Below the pieces are notes generated by a model. That model worked only from the letters and a program-made list of their open reading frames with translations, ran no database searches and was not told the origin of the DNA. Source: Callorhinchus milii (Eukaryota). From it: a stretch of DNA of 64,000 nt. Position 1 is the first letter of the stretch. Each line of letters opens with the position of its first letter. The translations under genes and the position numbers were made by a program. Location: assembly GCF_018977255.1 (NCBI RefSeq), contig NW_024704742.1, forward strand, positions 52,516,001 to 52,580,000, written 5' to 3'. Shown piece by piece: positions 24,421-38,429 of the stretch.

Positions 24421-27419
24421 CTTTCTCTGGTTTCATTTGAAGTAATATTTACCCTATCCATACTGTTTCATATTCCTGAATGAAGAAAATGTCTCTCTCA
24501 CACACCTTCCTTCGAGACTGTAAGCCTCTCTAATCTTGAAGCTTAACTTTTTCAAGGAAGTGGATTGACGCAAGCTGTTTTTTGGGCATGACGGTACAAA
24601 TGAACTAAACAAAATGTGGTCTGACCCCATTATAGAGAGCCCCATCATAACCTTCAGAAATGTCTTCACTTTTCTTCAGCCTATATATATTTTTTCTTTG
24701 AATATAATTTTTCTTTTCCAGTTGCTTCTCCTTGGTGCTGCAGAAGAAGAAAAAAAGATGGAAAATCCTTCAGGACAGAATAATAATCAGTGACCGACAA
24801 CTGGAGCAAAACCCCATTGTCAGTAACTAGTAACAGGAGTAGAACTTTACCCCATTGTCAGTGACTGATAACTAGAATAAAATTGACTACATAAATTAGC
24901 TGCTGCATTTGCCCACAAAATACACAAATTATAGTGAATGCTGTGAAGTGCTTTGGACATACTTCCAACGTGGAAGGTGTTATATCAAATGTAAAAATTA
25001 TTATTTATTTTATTATTAAAACGTTACCCCATTGTTAGTGACTGGTGTCGAGAACTGTTACTTCATTTCCAGTGGCTCCTAACTGGAATAATACAACACC
25101 AATAACAATAACAAATTACATTTGTATAGCGCCTTTCATGTCAGGAGGACGTCGTAAGGCATTTGGACCTGAAATGGGGGTTGGGATCACAACAGATCAA
25201 ACAACTAGAGAAGCCTCTGTTTACAGTAAAATACCTCCAATGGTGACCAGAAACTGGTGAGTGAGGTGTTATGTATCCAGTTCACAAAATCCTCACTATA
25301 GGTGTCAAACAGATACCAGCAGGGAGCATGGCATGGTCAGAGCTTGGTGCAATAGACATAATGATTTCAGACTTCCTGTCCATTTGCACTCCAGTGTTTC
25401 TGGTGTAATTAGCCTGAGTTGTCTTGCTAGTTATTCCGTTGAGTTCAATTTAGCTGAGTATCCACAGCCAACTTCTAGTTCTGGAGTAAAGTATCTGCTG
25501 GATTCACACCAATACCCAAGTGGTTTCTGCGGTTACTGGGGAACAATATTCAGTTTACAAGCTCCTTACAGATGTTATGTTAACAAACACAAGACAGACA
25601 GTCCTTAAAGGTAGAAGCTTTTATGTGGAGAGTTTCTGATGTGAAAAAGTATGTTATCTCAGTCTCTATAATGCCCTCTGATCAATCTCAAATAACCTAC
25701 GCTATTTACATGGGCTTAAGGCCAGGATCTGGCAGTGAATGATTTTGTCCTTTCTTTGAACTAGGGTCACTGTGACACCAGTAGCAGCACCTACACAGAG
25801 CCTATATTCTACATTTAGTGCCACTGTGAAGTTTGTTAGAAAAACAAACTAATCAATGCGACAATATTTTCCAATGTTAATTTCAACCCTTTTTAAACGT
25901 TGATCTAAGTGTATTCATATTCATCAGTACAGGCATAATAGCAGAACTAGTGGCTCTATAAAAGAATTTCTTGTAAAATATTTGGTTTTAGTGTGTAACA
26001 CATTTTGCCACTGTAATACATAGGGTATAGTGTGGGGGATTATATTTTGATTTCTATTAATATATATTATATCATTAATTTCTATTAATATATATTATAT
26101 ATTATATTATATCATACTTATACTGAGTATGAATTACCCCATATTTAGAAGACAGACTCCTTCTACCCACACTGACCCTGCTTTCAGTGCTGACATCCCT
26201 GAGGTCTATACTGTGAGAAGCAAACTTAACATTTAAATCAAAAATATCCAGGAACCATAATAATCAATTATTATATTTCTATTATTAATATGTAATAATA
26301 TTATTAAAACAATACATTATTATATATATATTTCCATGCATGGATGGCATATATACGTGGAACTCTCAGTCTGGTTTGGATATTCTTAAACCCAGTAATG
26401 GGTTTCCATGTATTCAAACGCCTGGCTGACAAAATCTAGAATATTTTGCTCATTTTATGATTCAAATTCCTTTACATACATCATTAATATTTATCTTAAA
26501 TCTAAGTATTATTTATGAATACCACAAAGTGATGATGCTTTACTCAACAACAAGATTACACTTGTATAGCGCCTTTCACCTCGGGAGGAAGTCCCAAGGC
26601 ACTGGAAAGTCATATAACTTTAACTTCTCTGCTATGCCTGTACATTCTTCAGGAAATTGTAAAACTCTTCAAATGCCTTCAGGGTTTGAAATACCAAAGT
26701 ATTAAAGATAATGATTCAAAGGAAGTCTGGCTCCCCGATGGCTTTGCTGGCAAAGGTACTCTCGATGTGGACCTCTGCCATACATACTACTAAAGTCTCT
26801 TATTTGATCTATGATCTGTACTGAGTAGCTAATCTCAGGCAGGGCAGCAACAGTAGTAGGTGCTGTATTATAATTAACTTCAGTTTCCTGCTCCTGATAA
26901 CTAGCCAGTGACTTTTGCTGGAAAGCAGGTGTGTTTGGGCTTTGGACATGAACAAGATGGGGCTTAGTTATGAGGCCCTCCAAAGTATCCTGTTAGCACT
27001 CAGTGTCTTAGATGAAAGGTTAAGAACAACCACTTGAATGAGATTTTGAAGGGGCAGTGATTTTGGTTTAAAGAACTGTGACAAACCTTCAAGTCAGAAA
27101 GGAAAACAATTGGAGGAGGGGAAAGAGTTAGATTGAGTTACATTGGTATCCTGTAAAGTATCACTCAAACTCCTTGTTAAATAGTTAAACAAATGTTTGG
27201 AATAATCGCCCAGCTGGTGAATGGAGGCAAAACCATCAGAGTTATTCAAAATGCAAGTATGCCATGATGAGAGCTAATGTGATGGGAGGGAAGAGCTTCA
27301 ATGGGTGAACACGCTAACATGTATTATGTTTTTATACTTTTATTTTTATGCATATTTATTATCCATTGTTTGGTAAATAATAAATGTAGCACTGTAATGT
27401 ATACTAATTCATGGGCTTT

Positions 27420-27815
27420 GGTGCTCTGGAGACTGAGAGAGGTGTGATAGAAGTATATAAGATGATGGGAGGCTAAGATAGGACAGACAGGGAAACATTA
27501 TGTTCAGGGGCCAGAGGGCATAGTTTTAATATCATAACTGGAAGGTCAAGAACAGAGGAGGAATGTTTTGACAGAGAGAGAGGTGCGAAGGTGGGATTCT
27601 CTGCCACAGTTATTTGTTATGGCAAGAACCATGGGCACATTAAAACAAAAGACTGGATACATGGTTGAGAGATAATAAAGTTGAGGGATGTGAGGAAAGA
27701 GCTGGAATATGGGACCAGTGACAGGATCTAGGATGGGCACTTGTATGGAGTATAAACACCAGCCGGACTGGACTGAATGACCTGTTTGTGATCTGTACCA
27801 TCTATGAATCTATAA
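27420..27815 (+). mobile_element. Diverged CR1 3' end
   Basis: gatagaagtatataagatgatg..ccagagggcatag..ggactgaatgacctgtttgtgatctgtaccatctatgaatctat. Confidence 0.7.
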
Positions 27816-29855
27816 ACTCTGAAGATCACAAAGGCTGGAGCTTAAGTACACACTGCAGAATATATGGCTGAGCAGAGGACAATCAGGCAGGATTGAAATA
27901 ATACCACTTTGCACTGGATGAGTGCTGGAGATAGATTTCAGGGACTGAAGAAAAGGAGAATGATTGGATTATTTAAATGAAGTGTCACTGTTTGATAATC
28001 AGATCACTACAACTGTTGGTGAGAGACATGGGTCTCAGATTGTTGGAATCACTGTATCAATGGTACTAAGCCAGCTTTGGTTTGTATTTGCTATAATTTC
28101 TCTACACATGGTCTGTCACATGTGCCATGTTTCATGAGGCAAAACAATGCGTGGGTTCACGCAGTATAAATCATCCTTGTTCAAATCAAAGTACTGTGAT
28201 TTACCGGCAGTATCAGACAGTGGGCATTTGGTTCTTAAACAACTTTGAAGTAAACAAACCCGCTCTCCTCACATGCCACATGTTAACTCAGACCAGCTGT
28301 ATGTGAGGGACAAATTTGCTTCTAGCTCTATGTGGAGCTTCGGATTCCTGTTTATCAATTGTCCAAGGGAAGGTGAGTGTAAGCAAATATATGAAGTGGA
28401 AGAAACCCATAACTATGAGGGTGGCATTCCACCCCTTGCTGAGCAAGTGATGATACTTAACCTGCTGACAGTAACTAAAGCAGATTCTGTTTATTGTTTA
28501 TTCACAGTTAAGTAGTAGTGACTCAAGAAGTTCAAAAGAAGAGAAGCAGTCACTGTGGTATTACTGTTCTCCAATAATAGTTTCATTAAACCAATACTAC
28601 ATATTCTGTCGATTACAGAATAAGAACAGTAATAAATTTGATGATTATTTGCACGGAATACCCATGCAATATTATTTTAGGGCCAAGAAGTAATTAATAA
28701 TGGACCGCTATTCCCAGAAACGGCCGAATTAAGAATAAATGTTCAATGAGTTGTAACACAGTGACATTGTATTTATTTACAGTAGCTCAAATAGTGTCAC
28801 ATGTCAGCACTCCGGGACACTACCCCATGTGAAGGGCGCTATATAAATGCAAGTTGTTGTTGTATGTAAAAGAAAGGACACTTTCTTTAATACCTTTGTG
28901 AAACTAATCTGTTGACTAGAGTATGAACAATTGATAGTTTTATTTGTACATATTGTATATGTTCCAGTTACTGCCGAACACACAGTGTGTTAATCTTAAA
29001 CTTGATCCAAACCTTTTTCTGTCAAATGGAATATTTCAAGTCATTCAAAAACATGTTAATGTGGCAAACCTTTAGCCTGTCATGAACTTTTGACCCGATT
29101 CCAGAAATCTCCTGCTCAATCATAGAAATGTTTTTTACCTTTAAGTGTGTCATTTATTTCCTTAATTTTATTACACCACAAAATTAGAGTAGCCCTCCCT
29201 GCATGTATATCCGTGCTATTCAACTAAATCATTTAAGGAGTACAGTACAGACTGGGACACCTCTGTGAAAATTGTCAGTGTTGCTCCTTGGTTAACTAGC
29301 CAGAAGATGCACTTGAGTGACACAGGAAGGCAACTTTTTCTTTCTCCTTCAGATGACCTGATCTTCGGGAAGCCTGAGAGCAAATGTGCGGTGAGATTGG
29401 GAGATGAGCTCTTGCCATATTCTCTTTATGAACTTTTTACCTTACGGGGAAAACATTTCTCTCCTACGCCTAGTGAATTTACTGAAAAAAACTAAGAGTT
29501 CCTGATCCCAGTCACGACATTCTAGAAGATGAGAAAGGGAGTTGATTTGCCTTGTTCACATATACTCTTTACTCCTTGGTAATTGGACAACACAAGTAAA
29601 ACCCTGTCTGATGTCTCCCTATTGAGGTCAACCGTGGCTGCCTGGCACAATGTATCTTAAACAGTGAGGCAAATGTATAAAAAAACAGGATGAAGTGCGT
29701 GAGTAAATATTTAAGTTGCCCATTAATTTTTGATTCCTGTTTAATGTTCCAGACTGGAGGTGAGCTTTTGGCTTGTCCTCCATGTGATCTTTTTAAACTT
29801 AACATTTTAACTTCTATATTTACTGAATAAACACACAAAAACTTAGTGCAAATGC

Positions 29856-30227
29856 GTGGAGTCCTGTAGCACATTGGTTAGAGCACTCACCTCGCAAAGG
29901 AGAGGACACAGATTCAATTCCCAGGTGGCGTGAACCTTAGTCAAGTTTCCTTCCTCCACATTCATCTGTTTAGCTAGCAGTAAGCAGGAACCAAGTTGTT
30001 AGTTGATTGGTGGATGGCTTTTCGGGATAATAACCCCTAAAAAAAATTAATAATTTGGTCACTCAATCCACAACTGTTTGTGGGACACTGCTGTGTTCAA
30101 TTGAATGCCACATTTCGTCCACAAATATACAGTCAATTCACTTTACAGTATATTCTGTGAAGTGCTATGAGATGTCGAGAAGACGTGAAAAGCGCTATAT
30201 CAAATGAAAGGAATATTATTATTATTA
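29856..30227 (+). mobile_element. tRNA-derived SINE, long subfamily, full length
   Basis: Head gtggagtcctgtagcacattggttagagc through to the (ATT)n tail. Confidence 0.88.
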
Positions 30228-30350
30228 CTGTCAAAAAAAGCTTGTACATCCATAAAACAGGGACTCTCATTCACCTTTCTTAATAACTGTTTATAACTGG
30301 TAATAACTTTTTAAAAATATTTTTACAGCTATTGCAACAAAATAAGCATT

Positions 30351-30558
30351 AATAATAATAATAATAATCCTTGCATTTAATATAGCACTTTTCACATCTT
30401 CTAGACATCCCAAAGCGCTTCACAGAATATACTGTAAAGTGAACTGACTGTATATTTGTGGGCGAACGTGGCAGCCAATTGCGCACAGCAATGTCCCACA
30501 AACAGTCATGGATTGAAAATGACCAATTTATTATTGTTTTTTTTTGGAGGGATTATTA
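30351..30558 (-). mobile_element. tRNA-derived SINE 3' part
   Basis: rc body and tail; forms an inverted pair with 29856-30227. Confidence 0.88.
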
Positions 30559-31964
30559 ATTGCTTATGTTCCAACTGTCTGGGAAAACCTGACTATAATG
30601 ATTAAGGATTTCTTTAACCTTATTGGCAATCACTAATTGAAGTGCCATTCTTAAGGGGAGAGGTGTGATTTTCATGTTTCCATTGAAAAATGAGTACAGA
30701 TACGAGCAAAGATAACAAAGAATTTAATGGGAACCTGATGGCAGGCACAATAACATCTGAAGAGAGGCACAAACTAGTCATTTCCTGTCATTCTGCTCAA
30801 CCTCCAAGAACCTAAGGTCTAGTGAGGAATGAACCTATCATGTAGTATTTATTTGATCCCTTAGACAAGAGAGATGTTAGAATCAAAGGTCAAAGAAGAT
30901 GTGAAGCAGCACAACCAGGATTACATATTCATCAGATAAAGGCTGTTCAATCAATTGCTTAATTAGTAATCGGACAACTGATTTCTCTGTAAGGTCAGAA
31001 GTGGGGCTGGACCTGAGATACAATCCATGATATCTATTTACAAACAAGCATGTGCACATATACCTTCATTCTATTTTTTGTGTGCATTTGAAGCATTAAC
31101 TTACCCCTCAACCATAGTAGTCATCAAAAGTACGCATTTGGATCCCAGGGAGTTGGATGAATGATTGAATTTGGAGCTATGGAAATGGTACTGCCTACAA
31201 AACAAATTGGGACCATCTTGACAATTACTGCTTCTGAAGCACTTTGAATATTTCAATGCGATAAAATTCTAGATATTGTGCTTTCTTTTCTTTCCTTTCC
31301 TATCCTATTCCGGTTAAATTTCAACTCGTTCTCATTCTCATAATGGTTACAGAATGAATGAATTACAGATATAATCTATCACATGAGTTGTGTAGTACAA
31401 ATTTACTCTCATCTTTGGTATGAGAGCATGCCGTGTGTAATAATTTTGAACTATATTTTGCTCCAACACTATCACAAAGTTTTGTGCTGAAAGGTAACAT
31501 TCCTGTGCTCTAAATTATACCCTACATTGGAACATTCTCAGTTTTGTATTGTATAAGCCATAGTCCAAAATATTAGCTCACTTTGCTTACCCAATAGAAA
31601 AAAGATAATGGTCATGTGATAGCTAGACAAGTGTTAATCCATCTGCTCCTAACACTGTGCGATACCATAATTGACATTTTTAAAGACTGTTAAAAGTTCA
31701 CTGAAATAATGACAAGTTAACTAGATGGTTTGAAAATGATTTAACAATAGGAAATAGGAAGGTGATGATAGATGGATAAAGCTCAGTCTGAACATTGACT
31801 AGTATGGCTCCAAAAGATCTGTCTGGGTCCCCTGCTGTTCATGTTACTTTAGCATAAATGACTTGGAGGAGAATATTATTTCAATGCTTATTAACACAGT
31901 ACGTGGCTAATATAAAACAATACTTTAGATTATAATAATAATAATGATCCTTGCATTTGATATA

Positions 31965-32968
31965 CAACGACAACAATAACATAATATTTGTATAGTGCCT
32001 TTCACGTCGGAGGACTTACTAAGGCACTGGCAGTCAGTGATTTGGACCCGAGCTGGGGGTTGGGATTGGGGAGGGTGGAGGGCAGGGGGTGAATCAGGCT
32101 GATCGAAAGCACAGTTGAAGAGGAGGGTCTTGAGATGGGTCTTGGCAAGGGAGAGGACGAGGCAGAGAGACTGCAGGATGGCGTTCCAGAGGGTTGGTGC
32201 AGAGTGGCAGAAGGCGTGCCCACCAATGGTGGGGAGTGCGAGGCAGGGGACGTAAAGCTGGCCGGAAACCACAGAGCGGAGGAAGCGGGCAGGATGGTAG
32301 GGGGTCAGGAGGTCATAGAGGTAGTGGGAAGCGAGGCCATGGAGGGCTTTGAAGGTGAGGACCAGGATTTTGAACTGTATCCTGTGAGATGGAAAGCCAG
32401 CGGAGTTGGGCGAGGATGGGCAGGATAAGGTCACGGAGCCTGGTGCGGGAAATGACACGGCTACAGAGTTCTGGATGATCTGCAGCCTATGGAGGGAGGA
32501 GTTGGGGAGGCCGACAAGCAAAGAATTTGCAATAGTCAAGCCTGGATGTTATGAATGCATGTATGAGGGTTTCGATGGCCTGCAGTGTGAGTGGCGGAGC
32601 CGGGAGATGTTGCGGAGGTGGGGGAAGGCAGAGCGGGTCATGTCACAGATGTGGGCTAGAAAGAATAGTTGAGAGTCAAACAAGATGCCAATGTTCTGGA
32701 CTGGCTTAGTGAGGTGGAGTGTGCAACCATGGATAGTGCCTGAGGTGTGGAGGCACTGACGGGAGCCAATCAGGAGAGCCTCGGTCTTGTTGACATTCAA
32801 CTGAAGAAAGCTAGCTCTCGTCCAGGACTTGATGTCTGACAGACATTCAGTCAGGACAGCAGTGGTCCTGGAGTCAAGGATGGAGGCAGAGAGGTAGAGT
32901 TGGATGTCATCCGCATACATGTGGTAATTGACCCCATGAATGCAAATAATGTCACCAAGAGGGAGCAT
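31965..32968 (-). mobile_element. L2 LINE 3' ~1 kb including RT motif
   Basis: Minus-strand ORFs give [48 protein letters not shown], with frameshifts. Confidence 0.93.
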
Positions 32969-32987
32969 ATAGATATTGTGATAAGGC

Positions 32988-33332
32988 GATATAGCGCCTT
33001 ATCATATCTTCGAGACGTCTCAAAGCGTTTCACAGAATATACTGTAAAGTGAGTTGCCTGTATATTTTGTGGGCAAAACGCGGCAGCCAATTGTGCACAG
33101 CAGTATCCCACAAACAGTTGTGGATTAAGTGACCACATTTTTTTTTAAGGGATTATTTCACCTGGACAAGCTATTCGCCAATTGACTAACAACTGGGTTC
33201 CTACATACTGCTAGATAAACAGAGGCATGTGGAGTAAGGAAAAAGGCCCAATGTTTTGTGCTGCCTGGGAATCGAACCCAGGTCCTCTTGCTTGTGAGGC
33301 GAGTGCTCTAACCACTAAGCTACAGGACTCCA
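32988..33332 (-). mobile_element. tRNA-derived SINE, long subfamily, abutting the L2 5' end
   Basis: rc head at 33250-33332; the tail lacks the terminal ATT repeats. Confidence 0.88.
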
Positions 33333-35052
33333 AGTGGGAATCTTATATAGAATAGCTTATTGCTACTGGCATCTCTTCCACAAGATCACAAGATTAGTTT
33401 GGATGAAAAAGGCCCTCTGGCCCATCCAATCTCATCCCTTCACAACACCCATCTTTCCCCCATCACTCTATCAAGCTACCTTTTAATGAACCTTTGCGAA
33501 GTGGCAACTGAGGTGCTTCTTGGACACCATGAGCCTTTATGCAACCTGCAGGAAGTGATGTTAGCCGTGACCTGACAATCTGTAAATCGGATATTTTTTA
33601 ACGCAGCTAGTTAGTGTTTATAAGTAAGGCAGCACTATATTGAAGGACACTGTAAAGGGACTCTCCTGTATGTGCAATAGTTATATGTATTTGCTTAGTA
33701 ATTCTATTGGAGGTTATAGAGATAGGTTTGTATTGAAATGAACAAATGCTCTATGGGAAACTATTGTTTCTACATTGACCCAGTGATTTCAAAGGATTTT
33801 TTTCCCTAGGAGTAAACTGGGCCCCAGAGTCAATAGGGAGATTAATAAATGTACTGGAGTTTGCATTTTAAATTCATTGAATGTCAAGCAATATCTATGC
33901 AAAATGTAGGTTGGTAGGACAGAATCCATGATCAATCTTGTGTAGAAGGAGTGAATTTAATGCATCAAATAGCCTTTATTCATTCTTATAGTTTTTATTT
34001 CCTTCCTGGTGAACTTCTCTTATAAAATATGCTCTTCTCCTAGAACATACCTTATAGGAGATTATACAATAATAAGATGTAGAAATACTATACATTGAAA
34101 TACACATTTCAAAAACAGCACATAGAGAAAAAACGGCAAAACAAATAAAATACATTGGAAAATGATACAACTTTAAATGATACAAAATAACATAAACTGT
34201 ACGCTGGGTTATTTCCTAAGACAAAGGCAATTTGAGCCCATCGTTTAGGAAAGGCTTTGAGCTGAAATGAAAGTGCTACAAGGTTGTGTGCTGTCCACAC
34301 AATCTAGGAAAATACTTAATGGAATTATAAACTGTTTTAAGCAGCATCTAAAGTAAACAATAGGATCACTGGGACCAGGCAGTGCATAGTCTTTGTTTGT
34401 GCAAGTGTTAGTTTGAGGATATATGATCCCCTACTTATGGATATGTTTGCTTGCTGCTCTTGGTCTCTGCACCCTAGCCTATCCAGTCTTTTATCAATAT
34501 TTGGCAAGTCACATATGTGTCAGAGTGCTGAAATGGGCCCCAGATAAGAGTCCAATAGGAAAGAATTGCATGTGGATTAGGTTTCACTTTTTCACATAGA
34601 GGCGATAATGAGTTTAAGCTCTACATGGATTTAACTGACTGTGTTTCAGTGAATCTTTGACAAGTATGATTAAACAGGAACTCTGATGTCAGCTAACAAA
34701 TTCACATTAATGTAAATACCACAGGTCTTCGCTATAAGACTTGGCAAGTCTGAAGTCCAAAATTTCAGCAAAGTTTATTTTTTTGGTGAGTAAGGTAGGC
34801 CCCATTTACTTCCTGCCAGGCCGAATTAGTCCGAATCATGTTCCTCAAATGGATTGAGAGTTGTCACCCAGACAACCCTATCGTGCCCAAATCTAGGTGC
34901 CAAATCATCAAAGGACGATGCAGACCTAATTTTGTTTCTTACAACCACCCGAGCAAGTCAAGTGATCAGATTACCTCACTGGCCTGGGCAAGCCTAGCCT
35001 GAGCCTAGTGACTAAGTGCTCAAGCTATATCCGTATTCCAGTTTCTCCGTTT

Positions 35053-35810
35053 ACATTAGAATATGAATACATTAGAATATACAGCACAGAAACAGACCAT
35101 TCAGTCCAACTGGTCTATGTGTTTATGCTCCTGCTCTTCCTCAACTAAGCCTTCACGCATAACTTTCTATTCCTTTCTCCCTCATGTACCTATCTAGCTT
35201 TCCCTTAAATACATTTATGCTATTTGCCTCAGAAACCCCTTGTGATAGTATATTTCACATTCCCACTACTCTCTATATGAAGAAATTTCTTCTAACTTCC
35301 CTATTTGATCTATTTTTGACTATTTTATATTGATGGCCCCTGGTTTTGGTCTCCCCCACAAGTGGAAACATCTTCCCCATGTCTACCTTATCAAACCTTT
35401 CATAATTGTAAAGACCTCTATCAGATCACCCCTTACTCTCCCCTTTTCAAGAGAAGAGTCCAAGCATGTTCAGCCTTTCCTGATAGGTATAACCTCTCAG
35501 TTCTGGGATCAGCCTCATGAATCTCCTTTGCACCCTCCCTGGTGCCTCTACATCTTCTATAATGTGGGGACCAGAACTGCACACAGTATTCTAAGTGTGG
35601 TCTAACCAAGGTTCTACAGAAGTTTACCATAACTTCCCTGCTTTTCATTTCTAACCCTCTAGAAATGAACCCCAATACCTGGTTTACCTTTTTATGGCCT
35701 TATTAACCTGCGTTGCTACTTTTAGTGAATTGTGTATGTGTACCCCTAGATCCCTTTGCTCCTCCACCCCATTTAGGTTTTTATTTTCCAGGATGTATGT
35801 GACCTCTTTG
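35053..35810 (-). mobile_element. CR1 LINE 3' fragment
   Basis: GFISRGLEMKSREVMVNFCRTLVRPHLEYCVQFWSPHY is the hallmark CR1 ORF2 motif. Confidence 0.93.
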
Positions 35811-37244
35811 TGAGGCCAGATCATATTCCTGAGATCAGCAGCACCGCCAACAGAGCAAAATTACATTTACACTTCTGGTTGAGTTGATTACAAATTTATT
35901 TTGCTAAATAAAGACCCAAGGAAATCGTTCTACCATCACTGCATTGTGGTCTATCAGCAATCTGTTTTTTGGAAGTGTATTGAGCCTTGTTTTCATCCAG
36001 CTGTGACTCACCATAAATAATATCCCTTTAATCACTAGATCTGAAGGGTATAGTCCATGTACTAAACAGTAGTCTATCAGTCTCCACTGATGTCTTGAAG
36101 AGATAACTTAGTACTTGAAAGATTGTCAGGTATCAACAAATGCAATGACTGAGAGATCTTAGAGTTTATCAGCACTGATTCGTTCTCCTCCCTTCCCCCC
36201 CCCCCCCCCCAGCAGCAATGTGTCGTGACTCCCTGTTATCAGACATTGGATGACTACTTCCTGCCTTATTCATTGATGATCACAGTCAGAAACAGCAAGG
36301 CTGGTGTGGCTTCTCTTTGATTGCTCTGCCCAGCCTAACGGTAGGTACAATAAAGAAAACTTTTGTTTGATAGGGACACCCAAGCTTCTAATGATTCTGC
36401 ATGACTTGGCTTGATAATTCCTTGCTTCCCCCAATAATAATTCTTGAATTTGACATAATCCTGCCAAGAATAAACGGTTCATTTCCATACATTTCACATT
36501 ATAAGCTCTGTCAACAAATGGCAAATCATGTCCATTTGTAGGTTAACAAAAGTGAATAATAGACATAAAGTTGGTAATTGAGATTCAAGCACTGTGGTGA
36601 AAAATCAACATTGTATCTGGGGTGCCTGTTTGGAAGCAACTTTGACTTGAAATAAAGAAAACAATAAGAATTAAAAGAGTGAAATGATAAAATGATTTAC
36701 TTATCATTGTTTTTGATTAGTCCAAACCTATTATCTTCAACTTAAACCCCTTGTGGTTTTTCCAGGCTGTTGATGACAAACAAAAAAGTACATCAGTTCT
36801 GATTAAGACTAAGATCTTTCAGTCACTGCATTTGCTGGAATCTGAATTATCTCCTTCACACACATGGGTAGACTGGCAGACATCAGTTCAGCACATGGAT
36901 TACATCTTTCAAATCTGGTGAGTTCAATGTTTTAAAGAGATTTATTTAGAGTAAAACACAGCTGGCCGATTACTGACATCCCACAATAAATTCTAGGTGG
37001 TCTTAATCCCCGAGCTGGTGCTTTCATTTTCAGAGAGAATTTGAATTTGACTAAATTCTGCTGTATATAGATTGCCTGGAGATTTGATTAGGGCAAACGT
37101 ACACAACTTGTTTCACCTCAAAGGTCATGATGTACCCCTCTTGTGCTGACGGACCAGCAAATGATATGTTATACTCAGGAAATGCATACAGCCACTGGCT
37201 TGCCAGTAGAAAATGGAACCTCACCATCTCCGCTGATGGCACAA

Positions 37245-37790
37245 CAGCAACAACATTACATTTGTATAGCGCCTTTCAGGTTGGGAGGACATCCCAAAGC
37301 GCTGGACTGTCAGAGTTTCAGGCCTAAACCGGCGTTCGGGATCTGGGAGGATGGAGGGCAGGTGGGGGAAGCAGGGTGATTGAAAGCACGGTCGAAGAGG
37401 GGTCTTGAGATTGGTCTTGAAGGAGGCAAGGGAGGGGGCGAAGTGGAGGGACTGTTGGCTGGTATTATTACAAGCTTTTTTTTAGAAATTGTCATGTGTA
37501 AGGTCTCGGGACCTTCCTCTTTTGACTGTGCCTTCAGTCATCCTAGCACCTCCACTTCCCTTTTGTCCTCCACCCCTCTTGACACCAACCCCCAGCTCAG
37601 GTGAAAACCCTTCACTGTCCAGCACCTTGGGACATCCTCATGGCGAGAAAGGTGCTGAATGAATGCAATTTGTTGTTGTAACAACCCACAGTGCGCACTG
37701 GAATACCAAGTACTTTCCCTTTTAATTAAGCACTCTGAGATGCTGCCCTGCGTGAGGGGTTGCTATATAATGCAAGTTGTTGTTGTTGAT
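37245..37790. mobile_element. Cluster of L2 3' ends (- at ~37245-37450; + at ~37500-37680 and ~37725-37790)
   Basis: L2 tails with (CAA)n/(TTG)n and tcaagacc...ttcgac motifs. Confidence 0.8.
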
Positions 37791-37834
37791 TATTCTTTCT
37801 CTTCATCTCTTCATTACTTCCTCTCTCATAGTAT

Positions 37835-38181
37835 ATGAAGCCCTGTAGCTTAATTGTTACAGTACTTCGCATGCAAATCCCGGGCAGGGCGAAACGTTGG
37901 GCAAGTTTCCTTACTCAACATGCCTCTGTTTACCTAGCAGTTAGTGGATTGACAGATCACTTTTCTGGGGGTAATAAGCCCTTCAAAAAAAATAATTCAA
38001 TAATAATGATTTGGTCACCCAATGCATGACTGTTTGTGGGACACTGCTGTGCACAATTGGCTGCCGCGTTTTTCCCACAAAATATACAATCAATTCACTT
38101 TACAAAATATTCTGTGAAGCTCTTTGAGACGTCTGGAAGACGTGAAAAGCGCTATATCAAATGTAAGGATTATTATTATTA
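37835..38181 (+). mobile_element. tRNA-derived SINE, long subfamily
   Basis: gggcaagtttccttactc..tgcctctgtttacctagcag plus tail. Confidence 0.85.
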
Positions 38182-38429
38182 TATCTTTCATTTTAGTTTT
38201 CATTCCACTTTGACCCTCTCCTCTTGCCTTTCACTATCTAATTTATTCTCCTCACTCTATTCTTTCATGATTCATATTGTCTGCCGTTTCCTTTACCTTG
38301 TTTCACTTTTCTTGTCAGTTATTCAATGTCCATTCTTTTGTCTCTTTTTCTCTTGATTTCTTTCCTCTCTCCTCTCTCTCTCTCTTTTACTATCTTTCTT
38401 ATCTTTCCCTTTTCTCTCCATAATAATTC

